DNA from: Hydrolagus colliei | Taxonomy: Eukaryota | Length of the DNA: 64,000 nt | Assembly: GCA_035084275.1 (NCBI GenBank) | Contig: CM068743.1 | Location: 109,306,001 to 109,370,000 of the forward strand | Direction: 5' to 3' | Shown here: positions 12,681-24,545 of the stretch, piece after piece | Position numbering within the stretch: the first letter of the stretch is position 1 | How the letters are laid out: every line of letters begins with the position of its first letter | The notes under the pieces: model-generated | Seen by the model: the letters and a program-made list of their open reading frames with translations, nothing else | Told to the model about the DNA's origin: nothing | Databases searched by the model: none | Translations under genes and position numbers: made by a program

Positions 12681-12924
12681 TTCTTTATTCTTTTCTAACA
12701 GGTTGTCGAATGCCAGGCTGTGGTGCTTTTTCCACCATGTTGGAAAACAACGGCAGCAAGTAAACTAATTTATAGAAATTGCCTTCCTACATCTACATAT
12801 ACAACAATGTTGAGACAGATACAAAAGGTAATACTGATCTAGATCCTTTAGTTCCTTAATGTGCTTTCTAAAATGGTAAGGTGACAAGACAGTGTAGTAC
12901 TGAGTGCTATAATAAAAATCATCA

Positions 12925-13230
12925 ACATCATCATCCTTGCATTTGATATAGCGCTTTTCAGGTCTTCAGGATATCTCAAAGCGCTTCACAGAATATACTG
13001 TAAAGTGAATTGACTGTATATTTTGTGGGTGAAACTTGGAAGCCAATTATGCACAGTAATGTCCCACAAACAGTTGTGGATTAAAATGGCCAATTTTATT
13101 GTTGTTTTTTTGAGGGATTATTATCAGGTGTGTGGAGTAAGGAAACTTGTCCAAGGTTTCGCCCTGCCAGGAATCGAACCCTGGTCTCACGATTGTAAGG
13201 CATGGTCTAACCACTGAGTTACAGGACTCC
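12925..13230 (-). mobile_element. Young tRNA-derived SINE, full length
   Basis: From atccttgcatttgatatagcgcttttca to ctaaccactgagttacaggactcc. B-box seen as ggaatcgaacc on the plus strand. Confidence 0.9.
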
Positions 13231-13299
13231 ATGAATTGGTAATGGTCACAGAAGAGGGGGAGGGGGAGGTGAGTTGTTATGGCCTGAAAAAAACTTCCA

Positions 13300-13575
13300 T
13301 CATCCGTGTCCTTGACAACACCTTTTCTCTCTCTGATCTGCCTGTCCTGTAGCAATTCCCCCATTTTGTTTTGCATTATTAACACCTCTTCTCTCCAGTT
13401 TTATTGCAATCCCCCCTTTGTTTTGCACCATTAACACCTCTTCAAACCATCATCGCCTGCCCTCTACCCCATTTTTTCCTTTGTCTTCTCCATAGATGCT
13501 GCCTGATCTGCTGAATGTTCCCAATGCTTTCTGTTTTTGTTTCAGATTTCCAACATTTACAATTTTTTGCGTTTT
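13300..13575 (+). mobile_element. Penelope-like element terminal remnant
   Basis: ttctccatagatgctgcctgatctgctgaatgttcccaatgctttctgtttttgtttcagatttcca matches the arms of the hairpins at 21.0 and 21.9 kb. The family assignment is from recall of shark PLE ends. Confidence 0.55.
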
Positions 13576-13732
13576 CCTTCTAAATGTTAATTGGCAGCAC
13601 TCAATAGCCACAAATAAGTTCTATATTTCAACAAATGTTTCTTTCAACCTCCCCTTACTTCTTCCAGTGATAATATCTCACAAAAAACTTTCCCCAATAT
13701 TACCTAGAATTGCACAGACTAATATAGACTAG

Positions 13733-14860
13733 TACAACAACTTGGATTTATATAGTCCCTCCACACCAGCAGTGTCTCTGAGCGCTTCACAACAACGGAT
13801 CCTGGGGTCGAGCCAGGTGGAGGGGGGAAAAAGGTGATCAAAGGCATGGTCGAAAGAAAGGTCTTCAGCCATGAACTGAAAATAGGAAAAGAGGTGGCGA
13901 GGCGAAGGTAGTGAGGCAGGGAGTAGTAGCTGAAGGCATGGCCACCGACGGTGGAACAGAAAATTCAGGGGACAAGGAGGAGGTCAGACCCAGTGGGAGC
14001 GAAGACAACTGGTACTGTTTAGAGGAAAGAAGAAGTTAGAGAGGTAGGGGGTGCAGAGGATAAGAGCAATTTGAAAACCAGAGTGAGGATTTTGAAATCG
14101 ATCCACTCCGAGAATTGCACAGACCAGTAAAATCTGGCAAGGACTGGGGTAATCGGGGAGCGAAGTAGACTATTTACAGCACTGACCAAGCAGGCCATGT
14201 CAGTGCTTTTAGATAGAACTGCATAGAATGTTGCAGCATGGAAACAGTCCATTTGGTCCCGTACCAAACTCTGTTCCCCGATTACCCCAGTCCTTGCCAG
14301 ACTGCACTGGCTCCATGTCCCAGAGAGAATCGATTTCAAGATCCTCATGCATAATTAATTCCCTCCAATCCTCTGCACCCCCCTACCTCTCCGACCTCCT
14401 CTCTCCTCACAACACTACCAATTGCTTTCACTCCACATTTGGTATGGGACCAAATGGGCTGTTTCCATGCTGCAACATTCCATGCAGTTCTATCCAAAAG
14501 CACTGACATGGCCTGCTTGATGTTGCAATGCTGTAATTAGTCTACTTTGCTCCCCGATTACCCCAGTCCTTGCCAGACTTCACTGGCTCCCTGTCTCGGA
14601 GTGGATCGATTTCAAGATCCTCACTCTGGTACAACAGCACCAGTTGTCTTCTCTCTACTGGGTCTGGCCTCCTCCTTGTTCCCCGAATCCTCTGCTCCAC
14701 TATTGGCGACCGTGCCTTCAGCCACTCCACCCCAAGACTCTGGAACTCCCTTCTTCACTCCCTTCGCCTCGCCCCCTCCTTTCCCATTTTCAGGTCTCGG
14801 TTAAAGACTTTTCTTTTCAACCTACTTTCGGTCACCTTCGCTTGTGTCCTGGCCTCGATT
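13733..14860. repeat. Composite inverted duplication of an L2 fragment plus adjacent CR1-tail-like sequence
   Basis: 14132-14268 is the reverse complement of 14438-14575, and L2 homology extends outward on both sides. The spacer is a third L2 piece. Confidence 0.8.
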
Positions 14861-14961
14861 TCAAGATGCTCTCACACATTTTCAAATCGTTTGATTCCCT
14901 TGCACTTCCCTACCTACCTGGTTTGCTTACCTCCCCCCACTCCCCCACCTATTGCCTCAGC

Positions 14962-15001
<40 letters not shown>
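14962..15001. repeat. (TCAA)n microsatellite, the tail of the adjacent minus-strand retroposon
   Basis: About 10 perfect TCAA units directly abutting aaacacatttatatagcatctttcatg. Confidence 0.95.
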
Positions 15002-15003
<2 letters not shown>

Positions 15004-15181
15004 CACATTTATATAGCATCTTTCATGTTGAGAGGACGTCCCAAGGCGCTGTACAGTTAGGTAGGTACAAGACCAGTGGGGGAGGGGTTGGGGCAGGATG
15101 AAGACAAGTAGGAAAATTGACTATATTTGTGGGCAAAACGCAGCAGCCAAACTGCGCACAGCAGTGTACCACAAACAGTCA
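15001..15181 (-). mobile_element. Chimeric SINE body with L2 3' tail
   Basis: An L2-type tail is joined to SINE body aaattgactatatttgtgggcaaaacgcagcagcc. The same junction occurs at 6361-6468. Confidence 0.7.
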
Positions 15182-15254
15182 GAGAAGTGGGATTAAGGAA
15201 AAAGGGGGAGAAAGATGGCAAGGAGAGGGGTCCCCTCTCCTTGGAGAGCAGGAA

Positions 15255-15547
15255 AGCCGACTGTGTACTTGTGGCCAGCTCCGGCCTCCTGTTCATCCTT
15301 CGTCCCCTCCACTCCACCATTGGTGGCTGTACCTTCAGCCATTATGCCTCTAAGCTCAGGAATTCTCTCCGTCAATGCTTCCACTTTGCCTACTCCCTAC
15401 CCAGGTTCAAATCCTGCCTAGAGACCTCCCTATTTGATCATGTTTATAGTCACCTCCCCACTCCCTGTCCCCCTGGTTCTGGGTCAAACATTCTCAACTA
15501 CTGCCTTGTGTGAACAGCGCTATATAAATGCAAGGTGTTGTTGTTGT
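15255..15547 (+). mobile_element. L2 LINE 3' fragment
   Basis: STIGGCTFSHYASKLRNSL...FKSCLETSLF plus tail gcgctatataaatgcaaggtgttgttgttg. Confidence 0.8.
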
Positions 15548-16541
15548 CCTAACTGCGGAGCTCCAGGAGGTCACTACCTTCTGCCTCTCAGGCCCCACCA
15601 TTGCAAATTGACAGAAAGAGAGAGACACACACAATGTCCACATCGGAGTGAGCGAAGCTCATTTCTCACTTGCGCAGCTCCGCCGAGCAAACGCAGAGGC
15701 CTGGGGCCTCAAGCACACTGTGTTTAAACAAGCTTGCAGTGTATGTTGTGTGTGTGTACTGTAGGGGGTGTGTGTAGTGAAGGGGTGTGTGTAGTGAAGG
15801 GGGTATGTGTAATGAAGAGTGTGTGTGTAACAGAAGTCGGGTGCAGTGTGGTGGGTGTGTGTGTAGCGAGGGATGTGTAGCAGAGGGGTTTTTGTACCGC
15901 GGGGAGGGAACTGGTATCAGAGGTTGGGTGAGGGGGGGGGGGGGTGGGTGGAAGGGGAGAATTGTGGCCACAATTTTCTATTATCCCAGATCATAAGGCA
16001 TTTTAGCTCGAAATATGAGCAAATACTGGATATTTCCCCTTGAGCTACAATTAGGGCATGGTGCTTATTTCTATATCGAAATGTTCCACCTGTGGTGAGT
16101 TAAGCTACCCAATGTAAAATTAGATGAAACTATGCTAATTTATTTCTCGACAACTGTTATTGAGCTCCTTCACATTTGCTATGGCTTACAATATACAAGC
16201 GTTAAAGTGCATGATATAATATCTAAATCCAAAGATGCAAGAAAGTTGGCTATATACTGTAATAATCAGCTTTCATCTCCACTTGAGCCATTCAGTATAA
16301 TCTTACCCCACTGCTTGCTTCCAATACCATGCCATATTCTTCTTTTTAGGGATTCTATGACAACAACTTACATTTATATACATGACAGAGATGGATGCTG
16401 AGCTGGGGAGAGAGGTCGAAGAGGACGGTCTTCAGATGTGATCTGAAGAATAATATACAGGGCCTTATCACGTCTGCAACAGTACTCTGCAGAATACTAT
16501 AAATTGACTGTGTATTTTATGGGCAAAATGAGGCAGCCAAT

Positions 16542-16842
16542 TATAATAATAATAATAATCCTTGCATTTGATATAGCGTTTTTCAAGTTTTCTAGGTCTC
16601 AAGGCGCCTTACAGAATATACTGAAAGTGAATTGACTGTATATATGTGGGCAAAACATGGCAGCCAATTGCACACAGCAGTATGCCACAAACAGTCGTGG
16701 ATTGAAATGACGATTTTTTTGGAGTGATTATTATTAGGTATGAGGAATAAGGAAACTTGGCCAAGGTTTCACCCTGCCTGGAATTGAACCCAGGTCTCTC
16801 GCTAGTAAGGCGAGTGCTCTAACTACTGAGCTACTGGACTCC
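16542..16842 (-). mobile_element. Young tRNA-derived SINE, full length
   Basis: From ataataataatccttgcatttg to gagtgctctaactactgagctactggactcc. Confidence 0.9.
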
Positions 16843-17303
16843 ACAGGTATGAGCTGAGTGTATCTCTCTGTATTTGTGTATATGTCTCCCTGTCTCTGAG
16901 TGTGTGTGCCTCTTTCTGTATCTGAGTGTGTGTCTCTCTTTGTTTGTTTGGTGTATGTCTCTCTCCTTGTCCGTAAGTGTATGTGACTATTTTTTCTGCA
17001 ACAATCTGATATGTGTTATTTCCTCATGTTTAGTTTTTATCAATAAAGTGAAAAAATGTAGGTTGCCAGTAAAATGTACCTCAATCGCACCAATCAACTC
17101 CCTGCCATTTTCTGCAAAATTTGTCAAAACCTTCCCTGCAATCTTCCACAATATTTGCGAATCTTTCTGCAATTTGGGGCAACTTTTTTATTGGCCCAGG
17201 TTATGGATTCAAGTTCTTCTTTGGGGCTTGGGCTCATAGTCTCAGCTGACACTCCTCTACAGTTCTGTGAGAAACTGTCAGAGGTGACAGAAGTGACAGA
17301 ACC

Positions 17304-19572
17304 GAATGAGGTGGGCAAGTAGAGCAGGTTTCTGTAGGTGAGCACCTAGGGAATAGTGATCACAATATCATTAGGTTCACTGTAATTATGGAAAGGGAAC
17401 ACTCAAAGGTGAAGACACTCAACTGGAAAAAGGCTAATTTCAGTGAGCTAAAGTGGGACCTAGCCAAGGTGGACTGGAAAGAAAGATTGGCAGGTAAAAT
17501 AACTAATAAGCAGTGGGCAGTCTTCAAGGAAGAGATAATTCGAGCACAGGTTAGAAACATTCCAACAAAGGTAAAATGTAGGGCATCCAAACCTCCCTGG
17601 AAGACTAGGGCAATTGGAAAATAAAGCAAAAAAAGGAGCCTTTCGATAAGTGTCAGGCCCAGAACACAGAATTCAACCAATCAGAAAATAGGAAGTGTAG
17701 GAGAGAACTAAAAAAGGAAATTAGAGGGGCAAAAAGAATGGATGAGAAACAATTAGCAGGTAACATTAAAGGAAATCTTAAGGTATTTTACAAACATATT
17801 AAGGGTAAAAGATTGGTCAAGGGAAGGGTGGGGCCAATAAGGGACCAAGGAGGAAATCTTATTGTGGAGGCAGAGGGCATGACTGATGTACTGAATGAGT
17901 ACTTTGCCTCTGAATTCACAAGAGAAGAAGATGCAGCCAATGTCACAGGATTGGAGGAAAGGGTAGTAGAAATGGATAAGATAAGCATAACCAGAGAGGA
18001 AGTACTAAAAAGGTTGATGGCACTCAAGGTAGATAAGTCGCCCGGTCCGGATGGGATGCATCCTAGGTTACTAAGGGAAGTACGGGAGCAAATAGCGGAG
18101 ACTCTAGCCACAATCTTTCAATCTTCCTTGGACACAGGGGTGGTACCAGAGGACTGGAGGATTACTAATGTTACTCCCCTGTACAAAAAGGGGCAGAAGC
18201 ACAAACCTGGGAACTACAGGCCAGTCAGTTTAACGTCAGTAATGGGCAAACTTCTAGAGTCTATAATCAGGGACAAGATAGATCTTCACTTAGAAAAATA
18301 TAGGCTGATAAAGGACAGCCAGCATGGATTTGTTAAAGGCAAATCTTGCCTTACAAATCTGATAGAATTTTTCAACCATGTAATAGAATGGGTGGACGAG
18401 GGCAGCGCAGTTGATGTAGTTTATATGGACTTTCAAAAGGCATTTGACAAAGTGCCGCATGAGAGGCTTATTAGGAAAACAGAGGCCCACAGCGTTAAAG
18501 GGACAGTGGTAGCGTGGATCCACAACTGGCTGCGAGACAGAAAGCAGAGAGTTGTGGTGACTGGCTGCTTTTCAGACTGGAGGGAAATGTGCAGTGGCGT
18601 CCCCCAGGTATCAGTTTTGGGACCACTGCTCTTTTTAATATACATTAATGATTTGGGTTTAGGGAGTACGGTTTCCAAATTTGCAGATGAGACTAAGTTA
18701 GGGAGAATAGTAAATAGTGAGGGTAGTAGCCATCTGCAAGAGGATATAGATAAAACGGTAAAGTGGGCAGACACATGGCAGATGAAGTTTAATACAGAGA
18801 AGTGTGAGGTGATACACTTTGGGAGAAGAAATGAGGGAAGGCAATATAGGCTAGTAGTACAATTTTAAAGGGTGTGAAGGAACAGAGAGACTTGGGGATT
18901 TGTGTTAGTGACTCTTTGAAAGTGGCAGGACAGGTAGACAAAGCCATTAAGAAGGCATATGGGATACTTGGCTTTATAAATAGGGGTATAGAATGCAAAA
19001 GTCAGGAAGTGCTGATTAACCTCTATAAGACTTTGGTTAGGCCTCAGCTGGAGTACTTTAGGAAGGATATTAAGGCATTGGAAAAGGTGCAGAGGAGATT
19101 TACTAGGATGGTACCAGGAATGAGGGACTTCAGCTTCGAGGAAAGGATAGATAGGCTAGGCTTATTCTCTCTAGAACAAAGAAGATTGAGAGAAGACCTA
19201 TTAGAGGTTTATAAGATTATGAGAGGTTTCGACAGGGTGAATAGGGAAAGACTGTTTCCACTGGTGGGCGATTCAGTGACTCGTGGTCACAGATTTAAAA
19301 TAGTTTCAAAATGAAGCAGACGGGAGCTGAGGAGAAATGTTTTCACTCAGCGGGTTGTTCGAATCTGGAATGCATTGCCTGAAAAGGTGGTGGAGGCAGA
19401 TTCCATAACAGCTTTTAAAAGGGAACTAGATCTTTATTTAGGAAGAGCAGGTCTGTTAGGTTATGGGGAGAAAGCTGGGCAGTGGGATTGAGTTGCTCTG
19501 TTCAAAGAGCCGGCACAGACTAGATGGGCCGAATGGCCTCCTCTTGTGCCATATAATTGTATGTTTCTATGA
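17304..19572 (+). mobile_element. 5'-truncated CR1 LINE (end of endonuclease, RT, 3'UTR), inactive
   Basis: GEHLGNSDHNIIRF (APE C-terminus), then KSPGPDGMHPRLL, PGNYRPVSLTSV, QHGFVKGKSCLTNL, YMDFQKAFDKVPH, GVPQVSVLGPLLFLIYINDL and FADE (canonical FADD). Has stops and frameshifts near 17620 and 18860 and a deletion after RPQLEY. 3' end gggccgaatggcctcct...tttctatg. Confidence 0.95.
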
Positions 19573-19854
19573 TAGGTGTCGTCCTTAGAATGATGTGTTA
19601 AAGCACTATATTCAAACAGTGTGAGGCAGCAATAAACAAGGCAAACAGGATGCTGAATCAGTTGAGTTTAGATCCTCAGACATTATACTTTCGTCAGACC
19701 CCACCTTTAATATTGTACAGTTCTGGTCATCACACAGCAGGGTACTGGCCAGGTCTAAGAGGCAGTGAGGAGATCAACAATGATTATCACCAATAATAGA
19801 GAAATGAGCTGTGAACAAAAATTAAACAAGCTGAGGACCTTAAGGAGATGTATG

Positions 19855-20085
19855 AACTCCATCCTATAGTCCCCTCACCTCACTTCCTCCCTTGCCTCCT
19901 TCAAGGCCGGTCTCAAGACTCTCCTCTTCGATTGTGCCTTCTGCTGCCCTCCCAACTCCTTCCCTCACCTGCCCCTCCCCTGCCCTTCCCCTTGTTTGGG
20001 TCCTGACCTGTCTGTTCAGCACATTGGGATGTCCTCCCGATGTGAAAAGCACTCTAGAATTTTTTTTTTTTTTAGTAGTTGTTGT
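19855..20085 (+). mobile_element. L2 LINE 3' end
   Basis: tccttcaaggccggtctcaagac...ggatgtcctcccgatgtgaaaagcactcta. Confidence 0.8.
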
Positions 20086-20950
20086 TTTAAATGGGAATGA
20101 AAAAATAAACCCAGAACAATACTCTCAGTGGTACCATGACAATAGAAGAAGATGACACAGGTTCAGAGTTGCAAGGGGCAATTTCAGGACAGATACCAGG
20201 ATTTTTTTCTTTTTTCCGAGTGTAATTAATAAGTGAAACAGGTTGCCAGGAAAGGTCACTGGACTCAATTTAAAACAGCGTGATTTTGTGAGAGGAGGAC
20301 GATAGGGTGGGTATTCTGGAGGGATCAGATCAGATGGACAAAAGGCCTTCTTCAAGCAAACTAATATTGTGGTCTTGTGTCCCTGTTTATGGGACTTTGC
20401 ACTGTGGAAAATGGCGACTGTGTTTGCCTACAGGTACACCGTCAATGCTGTAAATTCAGTGCTCCGTGAAACGCATTGATACCTTTCAACAATCCTATGT
20501 GAAACACATTGACACCTTTCAACTAAAACACTTGCATTTATACAACCCCCTTTCACGAGTGATAGGGTCTCGGAGCACTTGAGAATAGTGGAGCTTGATA
20601 TGGAATTGGGGAGACGGGCGAGTTGACTGTAAGCCTGGTCATCAGGTATCTGAAGATGGGCATGGCCGAAGGATTGAGGCAGAGAGTATCAAAACATTAC
20701 GAGTGCTATAATAAATGCAAGGCTCATTTTTTTTATTGAGAGAAATCTGTGCAGGACCAAATGTGAAGCAGCCATCTAACTGATGAGTGAAATAATGTTA
20801 TTATAATTTGCCACCAACTGCAGTCTGTCACTAGTGGTAAAATAACACTTACAGTAATTATTGCTGCACTGTATTTTCACTACTACTGTACTAAGCATTG
20901 ATTTATAGAATGAACCAAGTTCTATGAAATACCAAAGTCTGAGGTGTGGA

Positions 20951-21168
20951 AACAAAACACAAAATACTCCAGATGCTGGAAATCTGAAACAATAACAGAG
21001 AGCTGGGAAAACTCAGCAGGCCAGGCAGCATCTACGGAGAAAGGAAAGTGAGTCAAGGTTTCAGGTCCATGACCCTTCGTGAGAACAGTGAACGTTAACT
21101 CACTTTCCTTTCTCCATAGATGCTGCATTACCTGCTGAGTTTTCCCAGCTCTCTGTTTTTGCTTCTGA
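20951..21168. mobile_element. Penelope-like fold-back with a degenerate hammerhead-like core
   Basis: Inverted arms of about 75 bp (acagagagctgggaaaactcagcagg...ggagaaaggaaagtgag and its reverse complement). The loop on the minus strand reads CTCACGA-AGGGTC-ATG-GACCT-GAAAC. Confidence 0.65.
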
Positions 21169-21908
21169 AGTGTGGATTAGATTTGAATAAGCCACAATCT
21201 TAACTTCTGGAATTCTTTGAATGCTAAACATGTGTTGTGTAAATCAATTTTGGTGCCTGTAGTGCAGTGTCAGGCACTTTAAAACATCCTCCCGATGTGA
21301 AACGTTCCATAAAATGTACAGTATTGTAAATAGAAAGCACAGTTTAAATACCCACCATTTTATACTGATGCTTGCTCGCAAATTTCATGAGATTCTTCCC
21401 ATAATATGAATCTACTGTGAGACATTCTGTGCATGTCTTATTGTTCTGCACTATTATATGATGCACCATGGTTACTTTAATTAGTGGTTGATGTTTTTTT
21501 TTCCTAAATTACAATTCTGGTTTCATTATGTGATGCAGTTGAATTAAAAGGGCAATTACAATTTTAAAATAATTTGATGTTTCACACTGCACATGCTGTA
21601 ACAAATTAATTGGCCAAATGCAAATCATCATTTACATGCATGTCTTTTACATGCAGTTCGAACCCAGAGGATAAAAGAGCATTGTATGTAACAGAGTGCT
21701 CCAGAAACCAAACATACCGAACACAGTGGACTCTCAGAACACAATCCTTTCATTCCGTTTTGAATCTGAAATGAATCAATCACCTGCATTAAAGAAAAAC
21801 AACCAAAGTAGTGAAAAAGGTTCCTGTTGAACACTTAATTTTCAAGAATTTGTTTCAAGAATGGAATGTTTCAAGAAGACATCCTTAATTTAAAAAAGAA
21901 AAGTACAG

Positions 21909-22069
21909 TACTGCAAAAGCTGGAAATCTGAGACAAAAACAGAAATCACTGGGAACACTCAGCAGTTCAGGCAGCATCTATGGAGAAAAATACAACACAT
22001 TACCAGGGATTTCTCCATAGATGCTGCCTGACCTGCTGATTGTTCCCAGAGATTTCTGTTTTTGTATCA
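21909..22069. mobile_element. Second Penelope-like fold-back
   Basis: Inverted arms of about 60 bp (acaaaaacagaaatcactgggaac...gcagcatctatggagaaa / tttctccatagatgctgc...atttctgtttttgt) with a loop of about 20 nt. Confidence 0.65.
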
Positions 22070-22684
22070 TCCTTAACTTGATTGCTGGCTGTGTTAAACT
22101 CCTTTGGATGTTGGATCTACAACCCTGGTGTTATTTTCTTCCCCCAAGACTCAGAATTTGTGTTTCGCCATGGCTGTTGGAATTATAAATTATAGCTTCA
22201 TAACATGCATTATTCCAGGGGCAATTTTTGTTGAAGACTTTGAACTCTTCTTTGATTTAAAAATCTTACAGTAATACAGGTGCAAGTGGACACAGAATGC
22301 ACCTGTGAGCTCTGTTATACGGTTTAATGTGATCTCGGCTGCCATAAAAAAAATATTTTACGCTACATGAGCTGATTATATAATGCCTGATTACACACAC
22401 ATATATATATATACATATAATAGTCATTCATGTATCTGAGATATGTGAAAACCCATCACCATGCTTAAGAATACCCAAACCAGACTGACAGTTCCACATA
22501 TATATCCAATTCACACATGGAAATTTCCCTGTGTCATGAAGTAATGTAATTTACCAGAATTTGCAGAGTCACCTCACTCATGATGTGAAATATCGTGAGT
22601 ATTCCCCGCTCAGCAGCAATCCATTTTAGTTGACGAGTCTTTGATTATCCTTTGCATATCCTTTACTGTGAGCCATCTTTAAAT

Positions 22685-22978
22685 AATAGTAATAACCCTT
22701 GCATTTGCTATAGCACTTTTGTATATCTTCCAGATGTCTCAAAGCACTTCACAGAATATACCGTACAGTAAATTGACTGTATATATGTGGGCGAAAATGC
22801 GGCAGCCAATTGTATGCAGCAATATCCCACACGTGGATTGAAGTGACCAAATTATTATTGTTTTTTGAGGGATTATTATTAGACTTGTGGAGTAAGGAAA
22901 CTTGCCAACCTGCCTGGAACTGAACCTTGGTCTCTCGCTTGTAAGACGAGTTGTCTAACCACTGAGCCCCAGGACTCC
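22685..22978 (-). mobile_element. Young tRNA-derived SINE, full length
   Basis: Family sequence from aataacccttgcatttg to ctaaccactgagccccaggactcc. Confidence 0.88.
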
Positions 22979-23084
22979 ACTGTATGTATGTTCATTTGAT
23001 TTTATATTCAATAGTAATGTTGGCATATTTTGTTTAATGTTAGTTTAGCCTAGCCAATATGATGCCAAGGATCCAAGAATTGTT

Positions 23085-23422
23085 TACAACACATTACCAG
23101 GGATAAGGAGCTTCAGTTTAAAAGAGAGATTTAAAATAGTTTCAAGGCGAAGTAGAGGGGAGCTGAGGAGAAATGTTTTCACTCAACGAGTTATTCGAAT
23201 CTGGAATGCATTGCCTGAAAGGGTGGTGGAGGCTGATTCGATAACAACTTTTAAAAGGGAATTAGATCTTTATTTAGGGAGAACAGGTCTATTAGGCTAT
23301 GGGGAGCGGGCAGGGCAGTGGGATTGAATCGCTCTTTTCAAAGAGCCGGCACAGACTAGATGGGCCGAATGGCCTCCTTTTGTGCCGTAAAATTCTATGA
23401 ATCTATGAATCTATGAAACTAT
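23085..23422 (+). mobile_element. CR1 3' end with (ATCTATGA)-type tail
   Basis: Highly similar to 19290-19570. Ends ttctatgaatctatgaatctatg. Confidence 0.9.
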
Positions 23423-23627
23423 GAGAGCTTTAAGAAGTTAGAGCTTATATCACTAGAACTCAGCATATTAAGGTGGGATGGGGGAATCCGACAATGGCCA
23501 TGAAGATTATAAAGGGGTAAATAGTAATTATAATGGGGTAAATAGCAATAGATGATTTCATTTGTTGAGCAAGTCAGCAATGGGAGGGTAGAATTTTAAC
23601 AAAATGTATTCATATAGCACCCCTCAC

Positions 23628-23795
23628 GGAGTCCTGCAGCTGAGTGGTTAGAGCACTCGCCTTGCAAGATAGAGGACCTGGGTTTGATTCCTGGACAACT
23701 TGAAACATGGGAAAGTTTTCTTAATCCAAACACCTGTGTTTACCTCACAGTAATAATAATAATAAATTGATCACTTAATCCACGACTGTTTATGG
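23628..23795 (+). mobile_element. Young SINE, 5' half
   Basis: ggagtcctgcagctgagtggttagagcactcgccttgcaag...ggtttgattcc. Truncated at a CA/GA-rich repeat (23800-23975). Confidence 0.8.
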
Positions 23796-23994
23796 GAGAG
23801 AAAAATACACACTCACAGACACAAAGAGATACACACAGGCACAGCCACAAACAGACAGAGGAGACAGAGATACAAACACACTCACAAATTGAGACACACA
23901 CATGCAGTCACAAATACATATAGAGACACATATACACACACAATCTCACACACACAGAGAATCATACATACAATCACAGGAGGCTGAGTAAAGC

Positions 23995-24516
23995 CCATTT
24001 TCCCAATTCCTCCCTCCACAGGTTGCAGATGATCCAGACCTCTGCGGCCCGTGTCCTCTACCGCTCCAAGCTTCGTGACCCCATCTCCCCCAAACTCAGC
24101 CGATTCAATTGCCTCCCCATCATCCAGAGGATCCAATTTAAGATCCTGGTCCTCACATTTAAAGCCCCCCAATGCCTCGTCCCACCCTATATCCGTGACC
24201 TTCTAAACCTATACCATCCTGCCCGTCTACTCCGCTCAGCAGGCTCTGGCCTGCTCCTGTTCCCTGGCCCACACGCCCCACCATTGGAGGGCAAGCCTTT
24301 AACCACTCTGGCCCCAACCTCTGGAACTCCATCCCGCAGTCTATCTGGCCTCCTTCAAGTCCCGCCTCAAGACCCTCCTCTTTGATGGTCCAATCAACTA
24401 CTTCTAATCACCCCCCTTCCCTCCGCTCCCAGCAATCTGAAACAATGACAGTCCATCGCCTCGGGACGTCCTCCTGATGTGAAAGGCGCTATAAAAGTGT
24501 AATTTTGTTGTTATTG
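23995..24516 (+). mobile_element. L2 LINE 3' fragment
   Basis: LPIIQRIQFKILVLTFKA plus tail gggacgtcctcctgatgtgaaaggcgctataaaagtgtaattttgttg. Confidence 0.85.
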
Positions 24517-24545
24517 TGCCATACTGCTCATACAGAGCCATAGTG

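Noticed and set aside
16990-17300. Coding-looking minus-strand stretch next to the CR1 5' end
   Set aside because: All frames are short, and I recognise no protein family or splice pair.
17738-18868. 376 aa RT ORF as a retron, DGR or host gene
   Set aside because: It has CR1 ORF2 motifs, a CR1 3'UTR, flanking frameshifts and a eukaryotic context.
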